A DNA stretch of 64,000 bases from an uncultured Elusimicrobia bacterium. GTDB taxonomy: Bacteria; Elusimicrobiota; Elusimicrobia; 2-01-FULL-59-12. Under the pieces are notes generated by a model, which worked only from the letters and a program-made list of their open reading frames with translations, was not told the origin of the DNA and ran no database searches. The stretch spans positions 704,001-768,000 of the forward strand of contig OY969767.1 of assembly GCA_963702895.1 (NCBI GenBank), written 5' to 3'. Made by a program: the position numbers and the translations under genes. This document shows, piece by piece, positions 9,667 to 19,711 of the stretch (positions are counted from its first letter, which is position 1; every line of letters begins with the position of its first letter).

Positions 9667-10380
9667 ATGGCAGATGACAAGAAGAACGGAAGCGGAGCGA
9701 TGGTCCCAAGCTCCAAATCCGCTAAAAAAGACAAAGTCAGGCTGTTGCTCGCGGACGATCACTCGCTCTTCCGCGCGGGGCTCAAGGACCTCTTGGACGG
9801 GACAAGCCATTTTGTCATCGTCGGAGAGGCCGCGACGGGACCCGAGGCGCTGGAGCTTGTGGAAAAGAAAAATCCGGACATCGTGCTCATGGACATACGG
9901 TTACCGGGTATGGACGGGATCGCCTGCACCAGGCAAATCAAGAAGACCCATCCGGAGATGACGGTGCTCGTGCTGTCGATGTATGACGACGAGTCTCATG
10001 TGCTGGAGGCCTTTAACGCTGGAGCCAATGGCTATCTCTCGAAGCTCCTCTCCGCTCAGGACCTCGTGCGCGCCATCGAAACGGTGCATCAGGAAGGGTA
10101 TCTCATCCCGGGCAACATCATGACGCGCCTCATGGGGGGTCTGCGGAAGCTGGACCTCTCCGCCATGGAGGATTCCAATGGCGTTGTCACGAAGTCTGAG
10201 CTAAGGGTGCTCTCCAGCCTTGTGCAGGGACGTTCGAACAAGCAGATTGCGGAGGAGATTTTCGTGTCTGAGAAGACCGTTAAGAACCACCTCAATCACC
10301 TGTTCAAGAAGCTGGGTGTGAAGAACCGGACCGAAGCGGTCGTCAAAGCGATCGAACGCGGCCTGGTCTCGATGCAGTGA
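9667..10380 (+). CDS. NarL/FixJ-family response regulator (REC + LuxR HTH)
   Basis: LLLADDH, VLMDIRLP, SNKQIAEEIFVSEKTVKNHL...KLGVKNR. Confidence 0.92.
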   Translation: MADDKKNGSGAMVPSSKSAKKDKVRLLLADDHSLFRAGLKDLLDGTSHFVIVGEAATGPEALELVEKKNPDIVLMDIRLPGMDGIACTRQIKKTHPEMTVLVLSMYDDESHVLEAFNAGANGYLSKLLSAQDLVRAIETVHQEGYLIPGNIMTRLMGGLRKLDLSAMEDSNGVVTKSELRVLSSLVQGRSNKQIAEEIFVSEKTVKNHLNHLFKKLGVKNRTEAVVKAIERGLVSMQ

Positions 10381-10389
10381 GCGACGGCA

Positions 10390-10880
10390 AAAGTCGTCCC
10401 CGCGATGAGTCCTTGCGGGGACTGTCCCGCATCCTCTATCGATAGGGTGGCGGGACGTAAATAGTGAATGGTAAATAGTTCTTTGCAGATGTCCTGATGT
10501 TCAAAACCATTCACGATTGACCATTCACGACTTTTGCCTTGCTGGTCTGAACCCAGGGGGGTCAGATCCCGCCGCCTGATGCATCCAAGGGCTGTGGGAC
10601 CTGGCCCCTTCCTTTTACGTCAACGGCAAACGGCGTGAATGGTGAATCGTAAATAGTGAACCGGGAAAGTTCAGTTAGGCCGTCACCCCGGCGGTCGTCA
10701 GCCGGGGTCTATCATTCTTCGACGGAAATGATGGATCCCGGCGTCCGCCGGGATGACGGCACAAAAAAGTACATTGACTACAGACAACAAAACCGGCCCA
10801 AGAGAAGATTCCCTGATAGTCAATCGTGAAAGGGTGAATGGTGTAGGACCATTCACTATTTACGATTTACCATTCACGCC
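10390..10880. repeat. Convergent intergenic region built from 7-mer inverted arrays (GTGAATG/CATTCAC), CGTC REPs and hairpins
   Basis: GTAAATAGTGAATGGTAAATAG...CCATTCACGATTGACCATTCACG at ~10456-10530 and ~10815-10880; CGTC REP at 10681-10758. Confidence 0.75.
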
Positions 10881-10896
10881 GTTTGCCGTTTTGTTC

Positions 10897-11175
10897 TTAT
10901 TCTTGTTCGAGGTGCAGCGTCACGCCCTTGAAGCGGTTCGCCCAGACGTTGTAGAGCCACGAGATGAGCGTCAGGACAGCGGAGACCACCAACGTATAGA
11001 CCACGGTGAAAAGCAGGGTCGCCATGATCTTCTGCCAAAAGACCGTGATGCGGATGTTGGGGTTGGGAACGATGAAGAAACTGATGATGGCCACGATGAA
11101 ACCGACGACGACGAAGATGCGCAAAGCGTTGAAAAAGACAGAAGCGGGACTGATCGACTTAATTTCGTAATTCAT
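10897..11175 (-). CDS. Small membrane protein (DUF3566-like)
   Basis: EIKSISPASV..., two TMs, LYNVWA..FKGV.L C-terminus; GGAG RBS. Confidence 0.6.
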   Translation of the reverse strand: MNYEIKSISPASVFFNALRIFVVVGFIVAIISFFIVPNPNIRITVFWQKIMATLLFTVVYTLVVSAVLTLISWLYNVWANRFKGVTLHLEQE

Positions 11176-11191
11176 GGGGCTCTCCTTTTTC

Positions 11192-12298
11192 CTAATTCGG
11201 TATCAGGGCTATCAGCGTCTTGACGGCCACGGACTGCTGCGCGGGTACGCTTAAAATCATGGCGTTGTACTTATTTTCCTGGAACGTGACATCGCCCCGC
11301 ACCGCTTCGCCTTCCTTCTGAAAAGCGCCGGTGAGAAGGTTAGCAAAATTGGTCTCCGTGATCAAATCAAGCAGATGGGGCCTCTTCCGGTCTGATTTTG
11401 GGGAGGGCTCTCCTGTGTCGGAGACCACCCGGTTGTCCTTGTCCGCCACGATGATCCGGGCGCCTGGTAAGAGGGTCGTGGCAAGCTGCTCGATCCAAGC
11501 CTTCTCCTGTTCCGCCCGGGCGCTGAGGGCCGTCGTCTGGCGTTGGAGCTCATTTTTGATCTGCCGCACAAGCTGGTTGAAGGCGGCCGCCACTTTGCCA
11601 AACTCATCGGGATATTCCGGGAGGCTGGGGTCCGGGGAGGCGGGATTGAGGCTGCTGAGCGTTGTCCGGAAGTTTTGGAGAGGCTGCAGCACCCAGCGGT
11701 GCACAAAGAGCGACACAAAAGCAAAGCAGGTCATGAGCGACCCAATAATGATGAACCAAAACCGCTTGCGGGATGAGGTGACCTGCTGCTCAATGGACCT
11801 GTAGGTGAGGTCAATCCGAATGGCCCCTAAGGGGCCGGGGAGGCTACGGACCACGAGGGGCGTCAAGAGCGCCAAGGCCTTGCCGCCGGAATTTTCATAG
11901 ACCGCAATGCTCGCCTCTCCCGTTTTGAGGGTGTTGAGGATCGCGGCGTCCGAAGCGGGGGTGCCGACTCTTTCCGAGTCCCGGTGGTAGCGGAAATCCC
12001 CCCGTTGGTCAATCACATAGATGGAAAAAATCTCCTGGTCCTCCTCGAGCTGGTTGATGACTTGGAGGAGCGTCACATCGTCCTTCTGGATCAGGGCGGA
12101 AGCGATGCGGTCAGCGGAATAACGGTTAATGAAGCTCGCCTTTTCTCTTAAGCGTGTTTCGAGATTGGTCCTTTCCTGCCTCGCGAAGAACATTTGAGAA
12201 CTCAAGGCGGTCATGATGACCAGACACGCCGAAAGGAGGAAAAAGCGCTTCAACAAGCTCTCTGAGAGAAGAGAGGTCATACGCTCATCGGGAGGCAT
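11192..12298 (-). CDS. Membrane sensor-like protein (TM-Cache-like-TM-HAMP-PAS-like), no kinase domain
   Basis: Two TMs, HAMP PDEFGKVAAAFNQL, then IIVADKDNRVV; no H-box. Confidence 0.65.
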   Translation of the reverse strand: MPPDERMTSLLSESLLKRFFLLSACLVIMTALSSQMFFARQERTNLETRLREKASFINRYSADRIASALIQKDDVTLLQVINQLEEDQEIFSIYVIDQRGDFRYHRDSERVGTPASDAAILNTLKTGEASIAVYENSGGKALALLTPLVVRSLPGPLGAIRIDLTYRSIEQQVTSSRKRFWFIIIGSLMTCFAFVSLFVHRWVLQPLQNFRTTLSSLNPASPDPSLPEYPDEFGKVAAAFNQLVRQIKNELQRQTTALSARAEQEKAWIEQLATTLLPGARIIVADKDNRVVSDTGEPSPKSDRKRPHLLDLITETNFANLLTGAFQKEGEAVRGDVTFQENKYNAMILSVPAQQSVAVKTLIALIPN

Positions 12299-13733
12299 CC
12301 ATAGCGACCTTCTCCTGCTTGGCCCGCTGGAGCGCGACGTAGATATGTTCGTTGTCCGGGTCGTACTGCGAAGCGAGTTCCAGTTCCTGCACCGCTTGAT
12401 GATAATTTTTATTACGAATGGCGGCCAGTCCTGAGCGGTAGTGCTGGCTGGCCTTTACGGGATCGGCGGGCCGGCGGACAGGTGCCGGCGTGGAGGTAGA
12501 AGGTCCCTCCTGGCCGCTGGGCGGAGATCCTGGCTTGTCCTTTGAGGTTTTTTCGTTTACGGGCGTGACCCGTGCCTTGTTGGAAGCTGTGATCTTGCTT
12601 TCCGCTTCTTTGATGCCTTTCTTCGAATTTTCAACCTCATAACCATAGTTCAGGCTTTCTTTCCAAAAGTTGATCGCCGCCGCGTAGTGTTTCTGGGACA
12701 TGGCGCTCTTGGCGGATTGATAGGAAGCCTTGCCCAGCTCGATTTTAACGCGAGCGTACATCTTTCTGGCCTCGGTGTTGCGCGGTTCAAGCAGGAGGAT
12801 CTGCTCATAGGCCTTCAGAGCTTCGGTCAGGTCCTTTTCCTCGTAGAGCTGTTTGGCCCGTGCGAGGAGTCGTGAGGACTGTCCCTTTTGGAGAGCGAGC
12901 TGTGTCTTGGCCATCATCATGGTCAGCCCGCGTTCTTTCAGGGCCGGGTCAAGAGCAATAGCGTTGGACCAATTGTCGAGGGCCTGCTCATAATCTCGCT
13001 TTTTGTAGTTTCGGTAGCCTTCCTCATATTGTTGTTGGCCCAGCTCGCGGTTCACTTCCGCGATTTTCTTCAGGGCCGGTTTGTACGAAGGGTTGATGGC
13101 GAGTGCCTGCTTCCAATAATTGATCGCTTGGACGTTGCGTCCCGCTTTGCGCGCTTCATTTCCTTTGCGCATGTAATCGTCGAGCAATCCGCGCTTACTC
13201 TCAATTTGGCGGCCCTCTTTGATCGAGAAAATCTTTTCACGCAAGGCCGCGACGTCCTCATAGTGGGGGTCGACCGCATAAATGTTGTTGAGGTACTCCA
13301 AGGCCTCGTCATAGCGGCCCAAATTGTAAGCATCGAGAGCGTCCCGGTAGAACACGTCCAAGGTGTCTCGGGCCACGGATTCTTTGGCGGAGCGAATGGA
13401 CTGTTTAAAGAGCGTCTTTTCGGACGTGGTCACGCCCCGGCCGCCTTCCATGGCGGCGGCCCGCAAGATGGCTTCCTTTTGAGTTTCATCAGCGGCGTGC
13501 AGCGGGGAGAGAAGAAGAAGGAAAATTATCGAACCGGCGAACCGCCCGCCACTACAGCACGGCGGGCCCGCCAACGATGTGATGGCGGGGCGAACCAGAG
13601 ACACGGTGTACCGGAGTAACGGGGTGTCGGGGTAACGGGGTAACGGACTTGACTCCGATACTCCGACACTCCGGTACCCCGATACCGGTTTTACGCCGAT
13701 TCCCCGACCTGCCGACTCGGCCATAGCGGCCAT
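12285..13733 (-). CDS. Exported multi-TPR protein (TadD-like position)
   Basis: Many TPR helices (ALDAYNLGRYDEALEY, AINYWKQALAINP); signal peptide preceded by an in-frame repeat insert. Confidence 0.8.
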   Translation of the reverse strand: MAAMAESAGRGIGVKPVSGYRSVGVSESSPLPRYPDTPLLRYTVSLVRPAITSLAGPPCCSGGRFAGSIIFLLLLSPLHAADETQKEAILRAAAMEGGRGVTTSEKTLFKQSIRSAKESVARDTLDVFYRDALDAYNLGRYDEALEYLNNIYAVDPHYEDVAALREKIFSIKEGRQIESKRGLLDDYMRKGNEARKAGRNVQAINYWKQALAINPSYKPALKKIAEVNRELGQQQYEEGYRNYKKRDYEQALDNWSNAIALDPALKERGLTMMMAKTQLALQKGQSSRLLARAKQLYEEKDLTEALKAYEQILLLEPRNTEARKMYARVKIELGKASYQSAKSAMSQKHYAAAINFWKESLNYGYEVENSKKGIKEAESKITASNKARVTPVNEKTSKDKPGSPPSGQEGPSTSTPAPVRRPADPVKASQHYRSGLAAIRNKNYHQAVQELELASQYDPDNEHIYVALQRAKQEKVAMDASR

Positions 13734-13740
13734 AGTGTAC

Positions 13741-14610
13741 CTATTTCTGCGCAAAGAAGTTGAGCGCGATGGGGCCAAAAATGATCACAAAGACGATGGG
13801 AAAGAAGAACACCATCATGGGAAAAAGCAGCTTCACCGGCGCCTTTCCGGCCAGGTCTTCGGCGCGCAAAATGCGTTTGCTCCTCATATCTTCCGCGTAG
13901 CTTCGCAGAATGGTCGAAAGCGATGTCCCCAGTTCTTCGGATTGGATGATGATGGAGGTCAGCGACTGCATGTCGGACAGATTCACACGAAACGCCAGGT
14001 GCTGGAGCGCTTCTTTTCGCGGCGCGCCCAGGCGGCACTCCTGCAAGAGGAGCGCGAATTCATCTTTCAGGGGCGCCGGCTTCATTTTTTCCATGATGCG
14101 CTCCACCGCCGCGAGAAAATCCAGCCCGCCTTCCAGGGTGAGCGCCGCCAGATCGACAAATCCAGGGAGCTGTTTTTGAATGGAGGCCTGGCGGGCCTGC
14201 CCCTTGGCCTGGATGTAAATATCCGGCAGCCAAAATCCGGCGACGAGTCCAATGAGATAGAGAAGAGGTTGTTGCGCGCCCGAGCGCCAGAAGAGGAGCA
14301 CGAAGAAGAGCCCCGTAAGCTCTTTCACGAAGAGAAAGTTTTCGGCCTTCCAGCCAAAGGGATAGCCGCTTCGCAAAAGAAGGAGCTCGAGGCGCTCCCG
14401 GAGCTTTTGATAGCGCAGGAGGGACTTATTGAAGGAGAGCTTTTCGCTAAACTCGGTAAAACCACGGAGGGCCTTTTGGCCGAGCTCTTCCTTGGGGGCC
14501 TCGGAGGCGGTCACCCATTGTTTTTGGGACTTGGAGTCCAAATAGAGCCCTAGCCCCTGATAAACAAGGAGGAAAATGGGTACGGCGATCAGGATAGGTC
14601 CCCAGTCCAT
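13741..14610 (-). CDS. tadC: Tad pilus inner-membrane platform protein TadC
   Basis: T2SSF-like: LPGFVDL..LEGGL, IIQSEELGTSL..ILR, AGKAPVKLLFPM. Confidence 0.9.
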   Translation of the reverse strand: MDWGPILIAVPIFLLVYQGLGLYLDSKSQKQWVTASEAPKEELGQKALRGFTEFSEKLSFNKSLLRYQKLRERLELLLLRSGYPFGWKAENFLFVKELTGLFFVLLFWRSGAQQPLLYLIGLVAGFWLPDIYIQAKGQARQASIQKQLPGFVDLAALTLEGGLDFLAAVERIMEKMKPAPLKDEFALLLQECRLGAPRKEALQHLAFRVNLSDMQSLTSIIIQSEELGTSLSTILRSYAEDMRSKRILRAEDLAGKAPVKLLFPMMVFFFPIVFVIIFGPIALNFFAQK

Positions 14611-14615
14611 AGTCG

Positions 14616-15470
14616 TTAGACGTCGATGGCGACGATTTTCTTCGTGACGATAATGCCAATCACTTCCCAAACGATTAAAAAGATGACCACCAGCTGTCCC
14701 AAGGGGGACGTGAGGGCCGGCCTCATGAGGTCGGGGGACATCACGATGAAAAGCAGGGCCAGGACCCAGGGGAAAGCCGACAGAAAGAAAATCTGTGAGC
14801 GCGCCTGCGCCGTGATGGCGCGCGCTTTTTTCTGGAGCTTGTTTTCCTCCCGGATGGTGAGCACGAGCTGCTCAAAAACCTTCAAAATATTGCCGCCTGT
14901 CTCGCGCTGGATGTTGATGGCGTACACCACGGTTTCCAGGGTCTTGCTGTTGATGCGCTCCAGGAGCTCCACGAGCGCCCTCTCAAGCGACGATCCCAGG
15001 CGATAGGAATTGAGGACGAGCCCAAACTCTTCGGAGATGGGAGGCGCCATGCTCGTGACGACCCGCTCAATCCCCGCGACCATATCCAGGCCGCTGCGGA
15101 GAGAATTGGACATGAGAAGAAGCGCGTCCATGAGCTGGGCCTCCACCTGGGCGGAGCGGACTTCCTTCCACATTGACAAGAGCATCTTGGGCGCCACAAA
15201 CCCCGCGGCAATGACGGCTGCTCCGATCACCCAGCTCCGGGTCAGAAGCCCCAACAGAACAGCCAGCACCCCCGCGCCCATCATGATCTGCGTAGGCCGG
15301 ATATTGAGGAAAAACCTGCTTAATTCGCGCGCCGTCTGGCGGGATTGGCTCTTGTACTGTTCCCGGTAGACACCGAAGAGCTCTGGAATAATCCGGACGA
15401 TGCCCAGGGACAGGAAGAACACGCACACAAACACATAGAGGTGGCCGATGAAATCGGGTCCTGGGTTCAT
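14616..15470 (-). CDS. tadB: Tad pilus inner-membrane platform protein TadB
   Basis: QLMDALLLMSNSLRSG, PPISEEF, IQRETGGN, AITAQAR. Confidence 0.9.
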   Translation of the reverse strand: MNPGPDFIGHLYVFVCVFFLSLGIVRIIPELFGVYREQYKSQSRQTARELSRFFLNIRPTQIMMGAGVLAVLLGLLTRSWVIGAAVIAAGFVAPKMLLSMWKEVRSAQVEAQLMDALLLMSNSLRSGLDMVAGIERVVTSMAPPISEEFGLVLNSYRLGSSLERALVELLERINSKTLETVVYAINIQRETGGNILKVFEQLVLTIREENKLQKKARAITAQARSQIFFLSAFPWVLALLFIVMSPDLMRPALTSPLGQLVVIFLIVWEVIGIIVTKKIVAIDV

Positions 15471-16770
15471 GCCGCTTCTCCCTTGCCGTTCTTGTTCTCA
15501 AAGATGGCGGGGTCCAGGTGCAGGCCCTTGGCCTTCAGTTCGTCGAAAAAGGAGGGGAGCTTGCCTAGGGCTTCATAATGCCCCATGACCCGGCCGTCGT
15601 CATCGACACGGTCCTGGACAAAGCGAAAAAGGTCCTGGGAAAGAATCGTTTCGTCGCTGCGTCCCGTCACTTCCGTGATGCAGACCACTTTGCGCGTCCC
15701 ATCCTGAAGCCGGGCGAGCTGCACCACGAGATGCACCGCCGAACGGATCTGCTCACGCAGGGCCCACACCGGCAGGTCCATGCCGGCCATGAGACACAGG
15801 GTTTCCAGGCGCGTAAAACAATCTTGGGGGCTGTTGGCGTGAATGGTGGTGAGCGAGCCGTCGTGGCCCGTGTTCATCGCCTGGAGCATGTCCAGGGCTT
15901 CCCCGCCGCGGCACTCACCGACGACAATCCGATCGGGCCGCATGCGCAGGCAGTTCTTAACGAGGTCCCGTATGCTCACCTGGCCCTGGCCCTCAATATT
16001 GGCTGGCCGCGCTTCGAGTCGCACCACGTGTTCCTGCTGCATGCGAAGTTCGGCGGTGTCTTCCACCGTCACGATGCGCTCATTGTTGGGGATAAAGCTG
16101 GAAAGCATGTTGAGGATCGTGGTCTTTCCGGTGCCGGTACCGCCGGAGATCACCATGTTCTTTTTGAGCAGCACGCTGACCTTCAGAAAATCGATCATCG
16201 TGGGGGTGATCGATTGCGAACGGACCAAGTCCGCAGGGCCGAGGGCCCGTTCCGGAAAGCGGCGGATGGTGAGAGTCGGCCCCTGCACGGCCAAAGGCGG
16301 GATGATGGCGTTGACGCGTGAGCCGTCCTTGAGGCGGGCGTCGACCATCGGCGCGCTTTCATCAATGCGCCGGCCGAGGGGAGAGATGATCCTTCGAATG
16401 ACCTGGACCACATGGTTGTTATCAATGAAATGTTTGTCCGAGAGCGTGATTTTTCCGAGGCGCTCAATGAAAACCTGATCGAAGCGGTTCACCATGATTT
16501 CCGTGACGGAGGGGTCGGCGAGCAGCTCCTCGAGAGGCCCGAGCCCCAGGGCCTCGTCCACCATTTCCTTCACGAGCCGCTCGCGCTCTTCTCGGCTGAG
16601 CTCCATGTCCTTTTCCTTCGAGATAATGCTGTTCACGGTGCTCTCGACATTGGTGCGGAGCTGCCGTTCACGGACCGGGTCGCCTTTGGTGTCCAAATCA
16701 ATGCGCCGGATGTTGAGTTCTTCGACGAGTTCGCGGTGGACGTGCTGCTTGAAAGTGGTCCAGCGTTTCC
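15467..16770 (-). CDS. tadA: TadA/CpaF pilus assembly ATPase (probably the C-terminal part of a CpaE-TadA fusion)
   Basis: GLGPLEELL, GGTGTGKT, EDTAEL, LRMRPDRIVVGECRG, MNTGHDG. Frame stays open upstream of the TTG at 16696 (RWTTFKQHVHRELVEEL). Confidence 0.92.
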
Positions 16771-17631
16771 TTTTTCTTCCACCACCTTGTCGGTGACCTG
16801 ATGTTCGAGCGCGGCCGACGTCTTCCTGCTCGAAGGGGAGCTCGGGGCACTCCCTGAGTTTACCGCGCCGGAACGAAAGGTCCGCGGACCGTCCGCTTTC
16901 GGGAGCGCGTCGATCAATCGCTGGACGGCCGTGAGGTAACCCGAAAGCCCTCTCTGGAGGATGACCGGTTGACCTTGGTTCAACAATAAACTCAATTCCG
17001 GTTCGTTCGGAAGCTCCACAGAGACCGATTTTTGAAACCGCCCGAGCGCCTGGGAAATGCTTGGGGCTGGCAGTGCGTGGGGGGAATCGGATTGGTTCAG
17101 GGCAAAAAGAAATTTGTGAAAGCCAACTTTTTGGTTATGGAGAATCTCCATGTGCTGCAGAGTGGATTTGACGGAGAGCGCGTGAGGAAGGAAGGTCCAG
17201 ATCACGACATCGGCCAGGTCCAAGGCTGAGAGCAGCAGCGGATGCGTCATTTCCATGTCGATCACGAGGTCATGCAGCTTGGCATAACCTTCCACAAAAA
17301 ACTTAAAGTGGTCCGTCTCCACGTGGGCCGCTTCGGCAGGGTGGGCGGCGAGCGAAATGGTCCCAACATTCAGCTTGTTGACCGGCACCCTCCCGCGCAG
17401 CATAGGGAAGGAGATCTTTTGACTCGCGATGATTTCCAGGAGGCTCGTGAGACTGGGGGACAAGGGCGAACCGGATATTTGGGCGGCGTCCCCTCTGCAA
17501 AAGGGGTCCGCGTCAAGGATCAGAGCGGGCTGATGATGAACGCGCGCGAGCCCCGCGGCGACATTGACCGCCAGCGTCGTTTTGCCGACCCCCGCCTGAG
17601 GGCCGATCACCAGAATGATTTTGTTGGCCAT
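16633..17631 (-). CDS. cpaE: CpaE/TadZ-like MinD/ParA-family domain
   Basis: Deviant Walker A GPQAGVGKTTLAVN, LILDAD, LDLAD, LNQGQP. Confidence 0.75.
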   Translation of the reverse strand: MANKIILVIGPQAGVGKTTLAVNVAAGLARVHHQPALILDADPFCRGDAAQISGSPLSPSLTSLLEIIASQKISFPMLRGRVPVNKLNVGTISLAAHPAEAAHVETDHFKFFVEGYAKLHDLVIDMEMTHPLLLSALDLADVVIWTFLPHALSVKSTLQHMEILHNQKVGFHKFLFALNQSDSPHALPAPSISQALGRFQKSVSVELPNEPELSLLLNQGQPVILQRGLSGYLTAVQRLIDALPKADGPRTFRSGAVNSGSAPSSPSSRKTSAALEHQVTDKVVEEKGNAGPLSSSTSTANSSKNSTSGALIWTPKATRSVNGSSAPMSRAP

Positions 17632-17639
17632 AATGATCA

Positions 17640-17721
17640 GTCCCGCGTCTCGAGTCTCGGGGCCCGCGTCTTGAGTCTCACATTTGTTCTGAGCTTGTGA
17701 CCCGGGACTCGGGACTCGGGA
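17640..17721. repeat. 7-mer inverted tandem array (GTCYCGM / GGGACTC)
   Basis: GTCCCGC GTCTCGA GTCTCGG... then GGGACTC GGGACTC GGGACTA; same family in frame at 46809-47007. Confidence 0.75.
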
Positions 17722-18648
17722 CTAAGATTTTACCAGGCGGAACGTGACAAAGATCACAAGGGAGGTCTGCGTCACTTTCTCGTCCTTGTGCCTGAACAGG
17801 AGCCCTAAAATGGGGATATAGCCCAGGATCGGAACGCGCACGATGACTTTTTCTTTGCGTGACTGTTTGATGCCCGCCAGCACAACGGTTTCACCGTCTC
17901 TGACTTCCACTTTGGTGCTTGCTTCCCGGGTGGCCATGCCCGACACCATGGCCCGATCGACGGGGATGGCGACCGACGCGTCAGGATTGGAGACATTCAC
18001 ATTGATCTGGGCATCAATGGTTTCCCGCGGCGTGATCTGGGGGAGGATCTTCACTGACACGCCATATTTCTTGTACTCCACGCCGGAGACGCCCCCCTGG
18101 CCGACTTGGGGATAGGGGACCTCTCCTCCGACAAGAAAACTCGCCTCAAAGCCGCTCTTGGAGAGCAGGGTGGGATTGGCCAGGACCCTGACCTGATTGT
18201 TTTTGATCATGGCGTCGAGTATCCCGGCGAGTGGAGCGCGCTGAATTTCTCCCACTTTAAACAAGGACGGAACGGGCGACTCTTCAAGAAAATTGATTTG
18301 ACCTGCTCCTGGATTAAAGGCGTCTCCCCAGAGAAGGCCGACAAGCGCTGTATTGCTTTCGCTGATTTCCAGGGAGTCGACGCTGACTTCGATCAGCGGT
18401 TCCCTCGCTCCGGTTGCGGTGCTGGGAGTGGGCCCGGCCGCGGGAGCGGGCGCCGCGCCGAGGAGGCTGTTACTGGTGAGCAGAAGCGCGAGCGCCATTG
18501 AGAGATAACGGCGTAACGGAGTAACGGAGTAACGGGGTAACGGGGTAACAGCACAGATACTTTTTGCTGTGACTCCGTTACCCCGATACTCCGATACTCC
18601 GATACGGCTTTCTTGGGTCACACGGCCCAAAAGCACTGGGTCTTTCAT
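17722..18648 (-). CDS. cpaC: RcpA/CpaC-type secretin, secretin core only (start uncertain)
   Basis: RVLANPTL..SG..ASFLVGGEVP, EYKKYGV, VPILGYIPILGLLF, LVIFVT. Confidence 0.85.
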   Translation of the reverse strand: MKDPVLLGRVTQESRIGVSEYRGNGVTAKSICAVTPLPRYSVTPLRRYLSMALALLLTSNSLLGAAPAPAAGPTPSTATGAREPLIEVSVDSLEISESNTALVGLLWGDAFNPGAGQINFLEESPVPSLFKVGEIQRAPLAGILDAMIKNNQVRVLANPTLLSKSGFEASFLVGGEVPYPQVGQGGVSGVEYKKYGVSVKILPQITPRETIDAQINVNVSNPDASVAIPVDRAMVSGMATREASTKVEVRDGETVVLAGIKQSRKEKVIVRVPILGYIPILGLLFRHKDEKVTQTSLVIFVTFRLVKS

Positions 18649-18655
18649 ACTAGGA

Positions 18656-18687
18656 AGTGTAACGGATGACTGTTACGGCGATGTTAC
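18656..18687 (-). promoter_or_regulatory. Shared promoter motif, copy 2 (GTAAC-N6-GTAAC-N8-GTTACACT)
   Basis: Minus strand reads GTAACATCGCCGTAACAGTCATCCGTTACACT, upstream of cpaC. Confidence 0.7.
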
Positions 18688-18817
18688 GTTTTTGTAACAA
18701 ATTCGTTAATTTACGCGGTGTTTTGGTCGTTGAAAGTCACTTTAATTCGTTTTTTCGGGCATTTTTGGTCAATTTGAGGGGGGTAGGTGGCAATTCAATC
18801 ATCTACTGTTCTCTATC

Positions 18818-18903
18818 GTCATCCCCCCCGGGTGTAAGGGGGGGATCCATGAATGCCGCACGACAATGATAGATCCCCCGCTAACACCCGCGGGGGATGA
18901 CGT
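18818..18903. repeat. CGTC-type REP-like palindrome
   Basis: GTCATCCCCCCCG...GGGGATCCAT...ATAGATCCCCCG...GGGGGATGACG. Confidence 0.75.
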
Positions 18904-18970
18904 CGTAGAGACTTATGGCACAGTCTCCAGGATGACAGCAGAAAGACTTCACGAATTCTGGGATGGAAAT

Positions 18971-19711
18971 CTACTTCAGAATGGACCCTGGCGTGACAAC
19001 GGGAATTTGGTAAACCTGATTATCGCCATGGGGCCGCACGACCACGGAGATGTCCCCTTGGGATTCTGTTTGGGCGAGCGCGAGCGTCTGCACCTCGATG
19101 GGGTTGAGTGCCAGGGTCAAAATGAGGCTTTCGGCCGCTTCCTTCTTGCCCGAGACGTCCTCATTAGATTTCTTGAGTTCGCGTCCGACGGCGACGACCA
19201 GGATGTTTTGCAAAATTGTATGGGTGAGTTTCGTGGTTGCGTTTTCTTTGCGCACGTTAAAGGTCGCGATGATATCAATGAAGTCCCCGGGCAGGATCAA
19301 GTTGGCGACATCGACGTTTCCCAGACGCAAGAGGTACCCCCGCTTGCCGGGGGGAATGAGCGGCGCGACTCCGGTGGTATTGGGGGAAGGAAAGATCAGA
19401 TTGGACATCACGATTTGCGAGCCTTCCGGGACCGAAGCGATCGTCACTTTCCCTTTCACGCGGCCCAGGGCATCCGCAGGGACTTTCACCACCACAGCGC
19501 CGGGGGCGACATAGCGGAGCGGCACATTTTGTGTGGTGACATCGCGTTCGGTGATTTCCGTGCGGGGGGGAATGTCTTTGGCGGCGGTGAGCACTTCCAC
19601 CATGCCGTAGGCGTTGGCGAGGGCCTTCTCCTTTTCCTTGAGGTAGAACTGGATGAACCCGATGGCAAAAAGCGCGCTGATCAGGACCTGAAGAAGTTTC
19701 TTATGCTTCAT
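18971..19711 (-). CDS. cpaB: Flp pilus assembly protein CpaB/RcpC
   Basis: N-terminal TM, SAF domain (AAKDIPPRTEIT), IPPGKR, LPGDFIDI, ILQNILVVAVG. Confidence 0.9.
   Translation of the reverse strand: MKHKKLLQVLISALFAIGFIQFYLKEKEKALANAYGMVEVLTAAKDIPPRTEITERDVTTQNVPLRYVAPGAVVVKVPADALGRVKGKVTIASVPEGSQIVMSNLIFPSPNTTGVAPLIPPGKRGYLLRLGNVDVANLILPGDFIDIIATFNVRKENATTKLTHTILQNILVVAVGRELKKSNEDVSGKKEAAESLILTLALNPIEVQTLALAQTESQGDISVVVRPHGDNQVYQIPVVTPGSILK

Noticed and set aside
16760..16785. Canonical programmed -1 ribosomal frameshift
   Set aside because: No in-phase X XXY YYZ heptamer; a homopolymer indel is simpler.
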